This document shows, piece after piece, positions 22,601 to 30,005 of a DNA stretch of 34,682 nt (position 1 is the first letter of the stretch; every line of letters starts with the position of its first letter). Made by a program: the position numbers and the translations under genes. The notes under the pieces were generated by a model. That model did not search any database. It worked only from the letters and a program-made list of their open reading frames with translations, and was not told the origin of the DNA. The stretch lies in sequence record SRR20825019_439, one strand, 5' to 3'.

Positions 22601-22688
22601 TACGGTACTGACGTTACTGGTGGTACCGTCGGTCTGCACCCACGTGATCAGCTGCAAGGTGGCAGAGCCAGAGAACGCTCCGGCCTGA
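19659..22688 (+). CDS. AcrB/AcrD/AcrF-family RND transporter
   Basis: 1009 aa with MPRQEDPSF, YPGAS, GILIDNAIV, QFNSF, GIVVNNAIVL and RTRPILLT motifs. Confidence 0.92.
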   Translation: MSLRLLNFQRLLGMVVTMLCLLGIAAYSTMPRQEDPSFPYRAGLISINYPGASAEAVERLVLQPLSDELRQVEEVDYTQATARTGVAIFNVRLNDTIYDTDSAWDRVRQAMERARLDFPDDVGQMVLDDRLIDIPAIILAVSGSGSVTELSDVAERLKQNLADISGVSRIELEGDADEQITLALDDAAMYRLGISPARVLDTLARRNQTTPGGFVIADGRRLSVLPNSEFTSVDAIRATPIELPDGSQVPLAAAAEVWRGPAEPRQPEAWYDGERVVLVSMIMEEGSTDAIRFGERVRERLSTIRDEFAPYEIREMFFQPDKVEERLDNLAWSLVMSVIIIVAVVFTGMGIRMGLLVASILPMVALISIGLYDLGGGVLHQIAVIGMVISLGILIDNAIVIVESIQGYLDDGMRRLDALKQSVKELAGPLGASTGTTIAAFMPLLLSKGGTADFTRGVPVMIMLTLSVSYLLAVSAVPLLAARFLKPRKTDAREDKLVGLSRFLGTLVARRPGTLILAGTALVVFSLSLTPFMKQQFFPNADRPQVVVELYMPEGTDQERTSSVAADLERAIRTRPEALEVHRFVGFTGPSFYYNLQREPQAPNRGRIVISTPTLEDTTGLVQWIRDYAGHEMPELQLTAGILGQGPPRAAPVEVRVYHANDDTRARAVEQVFSALRSVKGTVDVRHNLDIGVPSIAINVDDASAARYGLNRADVAQSLYGQSFGVVAEQYRQEEDPIPLVLRSREGTSLSLPRLLSVNIYNDRGDAVPLSAIASVETSWQSAALFQRNGTRMNTVWSNLMAGYSFSQALEGLEARLAENPLPPGTRLDMGGDAEGSGDANNALLTTAPIGVLLLLFFLLIQFNSFRRVGIILLTVPLATVGIFPGLVFSGSPFGFQSLLGVIALVGIVVNNAIVLLDVMDRQLEKGDGIRDAVRKAVEQRTRPILLTTATTVAGLLPLAFSSSTLWPPMAWAIISGLLASTVLTLLVVPSVCTHVISCKVAEPENAPA

Positions 22689-22690
22689 CG

Positions 22691-23710
22691 CTAGCGGGTG
22701 GGTCTGATCATCAGGCCTACCCGCTGGCCAACGGGTACGTCGCGGTTCGGGAACACAATGCCTTCGGGTGTGTCGCCTACCGTGTATCGGGTGTTACTGT
22801 CTTCCCAGATGACCGTGCCCGGGTCGTACATGGTGAAGTTGGCGACGTCGTCTGGCACGTGGAACTGGAAGCTGTCACCGGTGTTCAGGATTTCATGCAC
22901 CACTTCAAACACTGTTATCGGTGCTGCCCCCTTATCCCTTTTCGGCGGTTCCTCGCCTTTCAGTCGGCGCCGCAAGGCATTGGCAATGCCCGTGAAGCGG
23001 CTGAGGTCGTTCTGCCCGAAAGGCCGTACCTTGCCAAGTTCCACAGTGAAGCTTTCTGCTCCCAGTTCGGACGAGGAAAACGAGGCGAAGGTGGTGCCTT
23101 CACGATGCTGCAATAGCAGGGTTTCCACCTCTGCCTCCAGCAGGAAATCAATCTGCCCATCCGGAATGTCCCGTCCCTCCACAAACGGATAGAGGGCGAA
23201 CTTCTCCCGCAATGACGGGCGAATGGCGGTGTGCAGGTCGTAGTGGCACACATTGGCAGAGTGTTTGGTGGCGAAGGCCCTGCAGGCGTCCTCCAGCAAC
23301 CGGGCTCGTTCCGCCTCGGGAAAGTTCCGGTATTCCGGTTTACGGTGGGCACCACCGAACAGGCGGTTGAGGTTCACGTCAATAAAGCGCTGGTCAGCAT
23401 CCATCGCCATTGGGTTGCCAAGAATCAGCAGCGCCGGGCAGGCCAGTTGCCATTGGCCGTCGATCAGCTCATTCAATAGATGGTTCAGAACCTCAATGGG
23501 GGCGGTTTCATTCCCATGGATGCCAGCGGAAACAATCAGCGACTCATTGTTGGGGTTGGGGCGCCCAGTAGGGGGTTCCAGATAGAGGAGCCCGGAGTCC
23601 TGCAACTGCAACCCCGTGCCGTCGTCCAGAACAACAATCTTTTCCGATGTTGCGTGCTCTGTTCGCGTGAGCGTGTGAGAAAGCCAATCAAGGCCAGGAC
23701 CAAAAATCAT
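22691..23710 (-). CDS. astE: Succinylglutamate desuccinylase
   Basis: SAGIHGNETAPIE, NLNRLF, HYDLHTAIR, FTVELGKVRPFGQNDL and IVFPN..VPVGQRVGL motifs. Confidence 0.92.
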   Translation of the reverse strand: MIFGPGLDWLSHTLTRTEHATSEKIVVLDDGTGLQLQDSGLLYLEPPTGRPNPNNESLIVSAGIHGNETAPIEVLNHLLNELIDGQWQLACPALLILGNPMAMDADQRFIDVNLNRLFGGAHRKPEYRNFPEAERARLLEDACRAFATKHSANVCHYDLHTAIRPSLREKFALYPFVEGRDIPDGQIDFLLEAEVETLLLQHREGTTFASFSSSELGAESFTVELGKVRPFGQNDLSRFTGIANALRRRLKGEEPPKRDKGAAPITVFEVVHEILNTGDSFQFHVPDDVANFTMYDPGTVIWEDSNTRYTVGDTPEGIVFPNRDVPVGQRVGLMIRPTR

Positions 23711-23748
23711 TTCAGCTGCGCTCCGGACTTCCCTGCACTGTGGATTTG

Positions 23749-24471
23749 TCAGCCACTCACCGGCCGTTGATGTTGCAACAGATAGTTTTCCAGCTTGCGG
23801 AAGGCGAACACCAACATGAACGTCAAAACCATGTAGAGCAGCGCCACAAAGATAAATGCATCAAAGGGGGCGTAGAATCGGGAATAAATGTTCCGCGCCG
23901 CCCCGGTCAGGTCCACCAGGGTCACCACGCTGGCAATGGCACTGGCGTGAAGCATGAAAATGACTTCGTTGGAGTATGCCTGCACACCCCGTCTCGCCGC
24001 GCTCGGCAGAATAATCCGACGCATCCGCAGTGCCCAGCTCATGCCATAGGCCTTTGCCGCCTCAATCTCCCCACTGGGTGTGGCTACAATGGCACCACGG
24101 ATAATCTCCGTGGTGTAGGCGGCAGTATTCAGCGTGAACGCCAGCAGGGCCGGGTAGAAAGCTTCACGGAAGATGTCCCACCAGAAGGTTTGCTGGATAC
24201 CCTCTATCTGGGCCAGGCCGTAGTAAATGATGTACAGCTGGATCAACAACGGTGTGCCCCGGAAAATATAGGTATAGAACCAGACCGGGCCGTTGATCAG
24301 TGGGTTCTTCGAGGTGCGCATGATCGCCAGGGGAACCGCAACCAGCAGGCCCAGGATCAGCGACAGAAATACCAGTTGAACAGTGGTGACCAGCCCGCCC
24401 CAGTATTCCATGATGGTGGGGGCGGTGAAGATATCGTTTTGGTTAAGCAGTTCAGCAAGAAATTCAGGCAT
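23749..24471 (-). CDS. aotM: Basic amino acid (Arg/Orn) ABC permease, HisM/AotM-like
   Basis: FRGTPLLIQLY, LNTAAYTTEIIRG, EIEAAKAYG and AYSNEVIFMLH motifs. Confidence 0.8.
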   Translation of the reverse strand: MPEFLAELLNQNDIFTAPTIMEYWGGLVTTVQLVFLSLILGLLVAVPLAIMRTSKNPLINGPVWFYTYIFRGTPLLIQLYIIYYGLAQIEGIQQTFWWDIFREAFYPALLAFTLNTAAYTTEIIRGAIVATPSGEIEAAKAYGMSWALRMRRIILPSAARRGVQAYSNEVIFMLHASAIASVVTLVDLTGAARNIYSRFYAPFDAFIFVALLYMVLTFMLVFAFRKLENYLLQHQRPVSG

Positions 24472-24474
24472 GGT

Positions 24475-25179
24475 TCAGCTCCCCTGTACCACGCCAATAT
24501 TGGCGCGCTTGTTGAGCCACTTGATAAACAGCTCGGAACCGGCTGTCAGGCTGAGGTAAACAAACGCCACCGGAATAAAGAAATGGAACGGCATGCGCTC
24601 GGCCTTGGCGGCTTCTTCGGCGACCCGCACCATATCGGTCAGACCGATGATGGAGACCAGTGCGGTGGTTTTGAGCAGTACTTGCCAGTTATTGCCGATG
24701 CCAGGAAGGGCATGGCGCAGCATCTGCGGCAATATGATTCGGTGAAACGTGCGCCAGCGGCTGAAACCGTAGGCACGGGCCGCCTCAATCTGTCCGCTCT
24801 CCACGGCGAGAAAGGCACCACGGAACGTCTCCGCCATGTAGGCACCGAAGATTAGGCCAATGGTGATGACACCGGAGATAAAAGGGTCAAACTGGAAGAA
24901 GAAGTCTATGTCGTAGGCGTCGTAGAGGTAATCCGACAGGTTATTAACCGCGACCTGGCCGCCATAATAAAACAGCAGCATCATGACCAGATCCGGTACG
25001 CCACGGATCAGGGTGGTATACGTGGTCGCAATCCCAATAGCTACCCGGCTTTTGGACAGTTTGGCGGAAGCGCCAATCAGCCCCAGAACCAGCGCGAGAG
25101 CAAGGGAAAAGAAGGCCAGTTCAATGGTGACCACAGCCCCTTCCAGCAGGGCCGGGCCGTAGCCTTTCAAGTCAATCAT
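24475..25179 (-). CDS. aotQ: Basic amino acid ABC permease, HisQ/AotQ-like
   Basis: YTTLIRGVPDLV, GAYMAETFRGA, GQIEAA and GNNWQVLLKTTALVS motifs. Confidence 0.82.
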   Translation of the reverse strand: MIDLKGYGPALLEGAVVTIELAFFSLALALVLGLIGASAKLSKSRVAIGIATTYTTLIRGVPDLVMMLLFYYGGQVAVNNLSDYLYDAYDIDFFFQFDPFISGVITIGLIFGAYMAETFRGAFLAVESGQIEAARAYGFSRWRTFHRIILPQMLRHALPGIGNNWQVLLKTTALVSIIGLTDMVRVAEEAAKAERMPFHFFIPVAFVYLSLTAGSELFIKWLNKRANIGVVQGS

Positions 25180-25196
25180 GGGTACATCCGGTAAGC

Positions 25197-25221
25197 GGGG
25201 GCAGCAACAAACGCTGCCCCC
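25197..25221 (-). other. GC-rich stem-loop directly after the binding-protein gene
   Basis: GGGGGCAGC-AACAAAC-GCTGCCCCC, a 9-bp stem with no U-tract. Confidence 0.6.
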
Positions 25222-25230
25222 CGGCCATTT

Positions 25231-25983
25231 TTACATCTTGATGTCGTAAGCGAAGTACTTGTCCATGATGGTGTTGTAGGTACCATCTTCCTTCAGGGTG
25301 GCAAGTGCCTCGTTGACTTCCTGCGCCAGCTCCTCGTCACGCTTGCGCATGGCAACGCCCACGCCCTGGCCGAGTTTGACCGGCTCGCCAACTTCCTTGA
25401 AGCCATCCTTGCTCAGGACGGTCTGCTCGCCAACCGGGTAGTCCACAAAGACCACGTCCAGGCGCTGGCCTTCCAGGTCAAGGACCATGTCGTCAGCGGT
25501 GGTGTAGCGCTTGATGGTCACAACGCCACCCATTTCTTCCGTCACAAAGGTGTCCATGGTGGTGCCGCGCTGTACGCCAACGGTCATTCCTTCCATGGCG
25601 GCCATGTCAGTGACGTCGGTGTTGAAGCTCTCGGGGCCGAACCAGCCACCCGGAGTGTTGTAGTACGGCTCGGAGAACAGCACACGCTCAGCACGCTCGG
25701 GCGTAATGGACATGGAGGACATGATCAGGTCGAACTTGCGCGCCAGCAGGCCCGGAATCATACCGTCCCATGCCTGGATGACGAATTCGCAGTTGGCGTT
25801 CATCTCTTCACACATGGCTTCGGCCAGTTCCACTTCAAAACCGGTCAGCTCGCCGTTTTCATCCTTGTATTCAAACGGCTCGTAGGGCACGTCGAAGGCG
25901 ATGCGAAGGTTACGTTCCTGGGCGTGGGCGACACCGGCCATCATGGCCAGGGCGACGCTTGCTGCAACAATCAGTTTTCTCAT
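25231..25983 (-). CDS. aotJ: Basic amino acid ABC substrate-binding protein (family 3, AotJ/ArgT-like)
   Basis: Signal peptide, YEPFEY, WDGMIPGL, SSMSITPER and VGVQRGT motifs. Confidence 0.78.
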   Translation of the reverse strand: MRKLIVAASVALAMMAGVAHAQERNLRIAFDVPYEPFEYKDENGELTGFEVELAEAMCEEMNANCEFVIQAWDGMIPGLLARKFDLIMSSMSITPERAERVLFSEPYYNTPGGWFGPESFNTDVTDMAAMEGMTVGVQRGTTMDTFVTEEMGGVVTIKRYTTADDMVLDLEGQRLDVVFVDYPVGEQTVLSKDGFKEVGEPVKLGQGVGVAMRKRDEELAQEVNEALATLKEDGTYNTIMDKYFAYDIKM

Positions 25984-26120
25984 GAGTCACTTCTCCAGTA
26001 GTCAGCCTTGTGGGCATTATTATCGGCAATGATTTGCCTTATTTTGCTGGTTTTGGCGTTTTCTTCCGGGGCGGATATATGCCCCGATAAGGAAACATGG
26101 TTTCAAGATAGCACTGCACG

Positions 26121-26891
26121 TCAGAACTTGGGAGCCAGAAACTGCTTCATCCGTTCCGAGTCCGGATTGTCGAAGACTTTGTCCGGTGTGCCTTGCTCCT
26201 CGATCACGCCCTGATGCAAAAACAGGACCTGGGATGACACGTCCCGCGCAAACGACATCTCATGGGTCACCACGATCATGGTTCTGCCTTCTTCCGCGAG
26301 GTTCTGCATAACCTTCAGCACTTCGCCAACGAGTTCGGGATCAAGGGCGGAGGTGGGTTCGTCGAACAGCATCACTTCCGGTTCCATGGCCAGGGCCCGG
26401 GCAATGGCCGCCCGCTGCTGCTGCCCGCCTGACATCTGGGCCGGGTAGTAATCCTTGCGCTCATAGATGCCCACCTTCTCAAGATAGGCTTCGGCCCTTT
26501 CGATGGCTTCTTTCTTGGGCACCTTGAGCACGTGAATAGGAGCTTCAATGATGTTTTCCAGAACGGTCATGTGGGACCAGAGATTGAAGCTTTGGAAGAC
26601 CATGGAGAGCCGGGCGCGAATCAGTTCCACCTGCTTGTTGTCCGCCGGAATGCGCTCGCCTTTGCGATTGGTGGTGAACCGAATCGGGTCGCCATGCACG
26701 ATAATGTCGCCGGAGGTGGGCGTTTCGAGCATGTTGATACAGCGCAGAAACGTACTCTTACCGGAGCCGGAGCTGCCGATCAGGGAAACGACATCCCCTT
26801 TCTTTGTTTCCAGTGAAATGCCCTTGAGGACTTCCAGTTGATCAAAGGTCTTGTGGATGTCCTTGCAGATCAGAGGCGCTGAATCCGCCAT
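26121..26891 (-). CDS. aotP: Basic amino acid ABC ATP-binding protein (HisP/AotP-like)
   Basis: Walker [10 protein letters not shown], signature [21 protein letters not shown] and VVTHEM. Confidence 0.85.
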   Translation of the reverse strand: MADSAPLICKDIHKTFDQLEVLKGISLETKKGDVVSLIGSSGSGKSTFLRCINMLETPTSGDIIVHGDPIRFTTNRKGERIPADNKQVELIRARLSMVFQSFNLWSHMTVLENIIEAPIHVLKVPKKEAIERAEAYLEKVGIYERKDYYPAQMSGGQQQRAAIARALAMEPEVMLFDEPTSALDPELVGEVLKVMQNLAEEGRTMIVVTHEMSFARDVSSQVLFLHQGVIEEQGTPDKVFDNPDSERMKQFLAPKF

Positions 26892-27027
26892 AGGTGGCTC
26901 CCGAGGCTATATAACAAAGGCGCAAGTTTTACGGGCTGTGGATGCGGAAATCAATCCCCCTAAAGCGGGGTTTTGCCGTTTTTTACCACACATACCGCGT
27001 GTTAATTGTGGATTATTGAACGTTTGA

Positions 27028-27043
27028 TGCAAGCTTTTTGCCG
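27028..27043 (-). promoter_or_regulatory. Candidate sigma54 (-24/-12) promoter for aotPJQM-astE
   Basis: Minus strand CGGCAAAAAGCTTGCA has GG-N10-GC with TTGCA and two mismatches to TGGCAC-N5-TTGCW. Confidence 0.4.
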
Positions 27044-27044
27044 T

Positions 27045-27803
27045 TTACGCCCGTTGTGAGGGTTTTTCCGGTGTTGCCGATGCGTGCAGGGAAACCCGGA
27101 TGATGGCCGTTCCCTGTTGCTCGATCGTGCGCATGGCGTCACTGACAAAACGCACATGGGCCATGGCGATGCGCTTTGCCGCCTCGGGCTTTCCCGCCAT
27201 CACTGCCTGATAGATTCTCTTGTGCTGCCGGGAAATCTTGTTGCGCATTTCTTCACGCGGGTTCAGATTGGCCACGGAGGCTTCCACGGTTAACAGCATG
27301 AGGTTCTTCAACCCGTTCAGTACATGCACCAGGACCGGATTGTGGGACGCTTCCACGATGGCCTGATGGAAACTGTGGTCTGGCCGGGCGTTGGTGAGTG
27401 GGTCGGTCTGTTCGAGTGCCGAGTAAGCCTTGGTGATGCGATGAAGGTCCAATGCGGTCGCCCGTTGTGCGGCCAGGTAGGCGGCCTGGCCCTCCAGCTG
27501 CTCTCTTACTTCCAGCAGGTCATACAGGGTCCGTGGGTGGCCGGTAAACATCTGTAGCAGCGGGCTGTCCTCGCCGTCCTCTTCACCGCCAGGCACAATT
27601 CGGGCCACGAAAGAGCCCTTGCCATGCCGGGTCTCAATCACGCCCCGCCCCTGCAACTCGTGCAGGGCCTCGCGGATGATGGCGCGGGACACACCAAGCC
27701 GGGTAGCCAGTTGTCGTTCCGACGGCATTTTCTGTTCCGGCGCCAGCCCGCCGTCGAGAATGAGCCGTTCGAGTCGATAGGAAATTTCCTGTGCGATTGC
27801 CAT
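27045..27803 (-). CDS. glcC: GntR/FadR-family regulator of the glycolate locus
   Basis: MPSERQLATRLGVSRAIIREAL HTH, then FCD domain (LYDLLEVR..LEG, DHSFHQAIVEASHN). Start reset to MAIAQ (ATG 27803). Divergent from the glc operon. Confidence 0.8.
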   Translation of the reverse strand: MAIAQEISYRLERLILDGGLAPEQKMPSERQLATRLGVSRAIIREALHELQGRGVIETRHGKGSFVARIVPGGEEDGEDSPLLQMFTGHPRTLYDLLEVREQLEGQAAYLAAQRATALDLHRITKAYSALEQTDPLTNARPDHSFHQAIVEASHNPVLVHVLNGLKNLMLLTVEASVANLNPREEMRNKISRQHKRIYQAVMAGKPEAAKRIAMAHVRFVSDAMRTIEQQGTAIIRVSLHASATPEKPSQRA

Positions 27804-27823
27804 GATGTTTCCTGCCAGGAGCC

Positions 27824-27838
27824 ACTGGTCGGACCAGT
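27824..27838. promoter_or_regulatory. FadR-subfamily operator 1
   Basis: ACTGGTC-G-GACCAGT palindrome 20 bp upstream of the glcC start. Confidence 0.8.
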
Positions 27839-27927
27839 TGTTTTTATCGTGCCTTGAATTAAAGAAACCCTTTCGGGACCAGTAAATATGGCTCATTACA
27901 GCGTTTTCGTCTATCTGGCATTTACAA

Positions 27928-27944
27928 AACTGGTCTGACCAGTT
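27928..27944. promoter_or_regulatory. FadR-subfamily operator 2
   Basis: AACTGGTC-T-GACCAGTT perfect palindrome matching the TGGT-N3-ACCA consensus of PdhR/LldR-type regulators. Confidence 0.85.
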
Positions 27945-28053
27945 GGCAATCTTCTGGACTAAACCCGGCAGGACTACGAATATCGATTTAATGCCAGCTG
28001 TTGCTGGTGTTGACGTGACCCCCGATAAAAACAATGTCAACGGAGATGTGGCG

Positions 28054-29193
28054 ATGAATACCAACAAGAACAGCGAGCAATTAAGCGCTCCGGATACTCA
28101 GGCTGGAAACGTTGCCCCGCGGCGAGGTTTCCTGAAGTCATTCGCACTTGCCGCTGCCTTCTGCGGTGTGGCCATTGCAGGCGCTGGCCAGGCCCAGGCT
28201 GCAACCACCTGGAAGATTCAGTCAGTATGGGATGCTGGCACTGTAGGCTATGACCTGTTCGAGGAATGGGCCAACAGCATGGAGGAGAAATCCGGTGGCG
28301 AGCTGATCATCAAGCCGTACCCGGCCAAGTCGGTTGCCGCGGATAACAACGCCCTTTTCGAGGCGGTGCGCAACGGCGTTCTGCAGGGTATGAATCCCTT
28401 TACCCTGTACTGGTCCGGAAAGATTCCGGCCTCCGTTTTCCTGTCGTCCTACCCAGCCGGTCCTGATCAGCCGCACCAGTGGGACATCATGTTCTATTCC
28501 ATGGGCATGCTGGAAAAGACCCGTGAGATCTACAAGAAATTCGGTCTGTTTTACGTGGGCCCAATCCAACACGACGCCAACATCATTCACTCCAAGAAGC
28601 CGGTGAACAGCCTGGCAGATATGGAAGGCATGAAGATGCGTGTGCCTGGTGGCATGGTCGCTGAGGTGTTCCAGCAGTTTGGCGTGTCCACGGTGAGCCT
28701 GCCGGGTTCGGATATCTTCCCGGCGTTGGAGAAGGGCACCATCGACGCTGCTGACTACGTCGGCCCTGCCGTGAACTACGAGCTGGGTTTCTCCCAGGTG
28801 ACCGACTACATCATGTTCGGGCCTCCTGGTGTTATGTCCATCTACCAGCCGGTGGACCTGATGGACCTGACCGTCAACCTGCGTGCGTGGAATGCGCTGG
28901 ACCCAGAGCTTCAGCAATTGGTTGAGGACGAGGTTCGTATCTACTCACAGAAGCACTACCTGACCATTCAGAAGCGCAACATTGAAGCGATGGAGAAGTT
29001 CAAAGAGGATGGCTCGAAGGTGACACGTCTGAGCCAGGAAGACCTGGAAAAGTTCCGGAAGGCTGCGATCCCGATCTGGTTCAACTGGGCCGGAAAGAAC
29101 GAGGATGCCAGGGCGATTCTGGATATCCAGCTTGAGTACATGATGAACGAGACCGTTGGCTACCTCAACGAGGAAGACATCAAAGGCATGTAA
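28054..29193 (+). CDS. dctP: TRAP solute-binding protein with a Tat signal (TakP/lactate-binding type), probable glycolate binder
   Basis: PRRGFLK twin-arginine signal with AQA cleavage site, WKIQSVW, MKMRVPGG and ALEKGTIDAADY. Start reset to ATG 28054 after GGAG. Confidence 0.85.
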   Translation: MNTNKNSEQLSAPDTQAGNVAPRRGFLKSFALAAAFCGVAIAGAGQAQAATTWKIQSVWDAGTVGYDLFEEWANSMEEKSGGELIIKPYPAKSVAADNNALFEAVRNGVLQGMNPFTLYWSGKIPASVFLSSYPAGPDQPHQWDIMFYSMGMLEKTREIYKKFGLFYVGPIQHDANIIHSKKPVNSLADMEGMKMRVPGGMVAEVFQQFGVSTVSLPGSDIFPALEKGTIDAADYVGPAVNYELGFSQVTDYIMFGPPGVMSIYQPVDLMDLTVNLRAWNALDPELQQLVEDEVRIYSQKHYLTIQKRNIEAMEKFKEDGSKVTRLSQEDLEKFRKAAIPIWFNWAGKNEDARAILDIQLEYMMNETVGYLNEEDIKGM

Positions 29194-29220
29194 GCCGGCA
29201 TAACCATAATAAACCGATCA

Positions 29221-29267
29221 CGGGGAAGGCAGGGAGTGCGCCGATGGCACGCTCGCTGCCTTCCCCG
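29221..29267 (+). other. Long intergenic stem-loop between dctP and dctQ
   Basis: CGGGGAAGGCAG...CTGCCTTCCCCG, a 12-bp perfect outer stem with an imperfect inner stem and no U-tract. Confidence 0.7.
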
Positions 29268-29291
29268 CTCTGTGATTAAAGGTGATAAAAC

Positions 29292-30005
29292 ATGTCTGAC
29301 CTGAGTGCGTTCGGCTTTGTATTGCCTCACTGGTTCTACTGGGGCTGGCTGGCGGTCATGCCGCTGATCATGATGGCGCTGGACCGTTGGTTGTCCCAAC
29401 GGGGTGTGAAAGCCATCGACAAAAATGCCGAGGCCAACCAGAAGCTTCAACAGATTGAAGCGGAACTGAAAAAAAGCGTTGATTACAGTGATGCGAGTAA
29501 CTGGTTCACCAAGGCGGTGGACTGGATCAGCGAGAAATCCGGTGTCTTTATTTCCTTCTGGACCGTGAACGCGGTGGTGTTCTATTTCTTCGAAGTGGTG
29601 ATGCGCTATCTGTTCAACCAGCCCACCATCTGGGTACACGAGGCCAGTTTTCTACTGTTCGGCATGCAGTATCTGATGGCGGGTGCGTTTGCATTGCTTC
29701 ACGGTGCCCATGTGCGGGTTGACGTGGTTTACAACTTCCTGCCACTTCGGGGCCGCGTGGGCATGGATATTTTCACGTCCATGTTCTTCTTCATGTTCGC
29801 GATTGCGTTGATGATTACCTCCTGGACCTTCCTTGAGAACTCTTATTCCATGGACGAACGAACCGTTGAGACATGGGGCATTCAGTACTGGCCGGTGAAG
29901 GGCGTTATGCTCCTCGGGTCGACGCTGCTGTTCCTGGCGGGCCTGTCCAAACTGCTCAAGGACATCACTATCTTCATTAAACTCGGCCGGGAGCAACACG
30001 CATGA
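29292..30005 (+). CDS. dctQ: TRAP small permease (DctQ) with an N-terminal extension
   Basis: EVVMRYLFNQPTIWVHE and GAHVRVDV motifs. 237 aa. Confidence 0.87.
   Translation: MSDLSAFGFVLPHWFYWGWLAVMPLIMMALDRWLSQRGVKAIDKNAEANQKLQQIEAELKKSVDYSDASNWFTKAVDWISEKSGVFISFWTVNAVVFYFFEVVMRYLFNQPTIWVHEASFLLFGMQYLMAGAFALLHGAHVRVDVVYNFLPLRGRVGMDIFTSMFFFMFAIALMITSWTFLENSYSMDERTVETWGIQYWPVKGVMLLGSTLLFLAGLSKLLKDITIFIKLGREQHA

Noticed and set aside
26025-26038. GGCAA-N4-TTGCC upstream of aotJ as a sigma54 promoter
   Set aside because: GG-to-GC spacing is 9 rather than 10; it remains only a short inverted repeat.
27906-27913. TAGACGAA half-site shared with the porin palindrome
   Set aside because: Only one half matches, and an 8-bp match can arise by chance.
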